Source: Victivallales bacterium (GTDB lineage: Bacteria; Verrucomicrobiota; Lentisphaeria; Victivallales; UBA1829). From it: 64,000 nt of DNA. A program made the translations under genes and the position numbers. Shown piece after piece: positions 63,355-64,000 of this stretch. Each line of letters opens with the position of its first letter. Position 1 is the first letter of the stretch. The notes below the pieces were generated by a model. It saw only the letters and a list, made by a program, of their open reading frames with translations. It was not told the origin of the DNA and searched no databases. The DNA lies in the NCBI GenBank assembly GCA_016285345.1, contig JAEEQN010000002.1, forward strand, positions 18,290-82,289. Direction: 5' to 3'.

Positions 63355-64000
63355 TTAAAACTCTTTTTTCCCGGTCGATGTGAACATTGTTAAAAGGATA
63401 CCGGTTCCAATCGCCAAGAAGAGCATTGAAAGCGGTAATGCAAACGGAACGCTGTTCTCATCATCATCGCCGTCAATTTTTTTGAATTTCTTTTTGTAAT
63501 CTCCTCCGAACAGGATCTGTCCCCTGTTCGGACTGTTGTGAAAAGCCTTTTTTTCAAAGACGAGGAAGGAATAGGGGCCGTTTTCCGACTGCTGTGAATC
63601 ATCCGGATCCTTGTCCTCGTTCCTCAGAAAACCGAGTTCATTTTCATCGTCGCTGTCATAAAGTCCTGTAAAGCCGATTTCTTCCGTAATGCTTTCATCA
63701 AAGGGAATGGAGAAGTCGTAGACAGGAAAACAGTCCTCGTCAACAACGCGGTTTCCAGCCGGAGCGGCCGTTTCAGTTTCCGCCTGCCTGCTTCCGTCAT
63801 CGGATTGAGGCGTCTTGACATCGGAAAGAGGTACATCCTCATCCGATGAGTTCCGGGGGTTGCTCTTGCTTATATATCCGGCGGAGTAAAGACTCTGTAC
63901 TTTTTCTGTCTCTGTTATGCCGATGTATGGATTCAGTATTATGGTCAGAGTATTGTTTCCGTCATTATCAAAAAAATAACGGGCAAAGATATTATTGCGC
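63355..64000 (-). CDS. 3' part of an acidic protein with a C-terminal TM anchor; the 5' end lies beyond the window (not in the supplied ORF track)
   Basis: Hand translation of the minus strand from 63999 gives 214 sense codons without a stop (RNNIFARYFFDNDGNNTLTII...DDENSVPFALPLSMLFLAIGTGILLTMFTSTGKKEF), ending at TAA 63355-63357. The track misses it because no start codon lies inside the window. Confidence 0.55.
   Translation of the reverse strand, partial: RNNIFARYFFDNDGNNTLTIILNPYIGITETEKVQSLYSAGYISKSNPRNSSDEDVPLSDVKTPQSDDGSRQAETETAAPAGNRVVDEDCFPVYDFSIPFDESITEEIGFTGLYDSDDENELGFLRNEDKDPDDSQQSENGPYSFLVFEKKAFHNSPNRGQILFGGDYKKKFKKIDGDDDENSVPFALPLSMLFLAIGTGILLTMFTSTGKKEF

Overview
This is a 64 kb window from a high-GC diderm bacterium. 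The L28 motif RGLAKKKGGIG and the overall gene content hint at the PVC superphylum, but that is unverified.

Most of the window is ordinary chromosome:
- the 3' half of an RND pump, rpmB and an M16 peptidase;
- a visibly more AT-rich exopolysaccharide locus of about 9 kb (7.1-16.0 kb) headed by a STAS gene;
- a minus-strand envelope operon (alanine/glutamate/lysine-rich protein, ABC-2 permease, ABC ATPase, fused permease-GldG, DUF4340, amidase);
- a purN-like gene, a short alaS, fumC, a 1275-aa Sel1-repeat lipoprotein and metY;
- a kinase/pseudokinase pair with Cache domains, a nitroreductase, panB, RNase R and a TPR protein.

The accessory part is a 13.8 kb island (37696-51553) integrated into tRNA-Arg(CCG) and bounded by a perfect 56-bp direct repeat. 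It carries:
- a tyrosine integrase;
- repeated ACGATTTTTC arm-type motifs at both ends;
- AT-rich cargo (a phosphodiesterase-like lipoprotein and a truncated FG-GAP gene);
- a module of divergent beta-clamp, Cas4-like nuclease and DUF932;
- one terminator-bounded unit at the tRNA-proximal end: promoter, then about 0.7 kb of T-poor, hairpin-dense non-coding leader, then an Xis-like HTH gene, then group-II-intron-like RNA with a frameshifted reverse transcriptase.

That last unit is the best candidate for something undescribed. A decaying, 3'-truncated group II intron remains a live alternative explanation.

All calls come from reading the sequence and ORF translations by eye. No searches were run.
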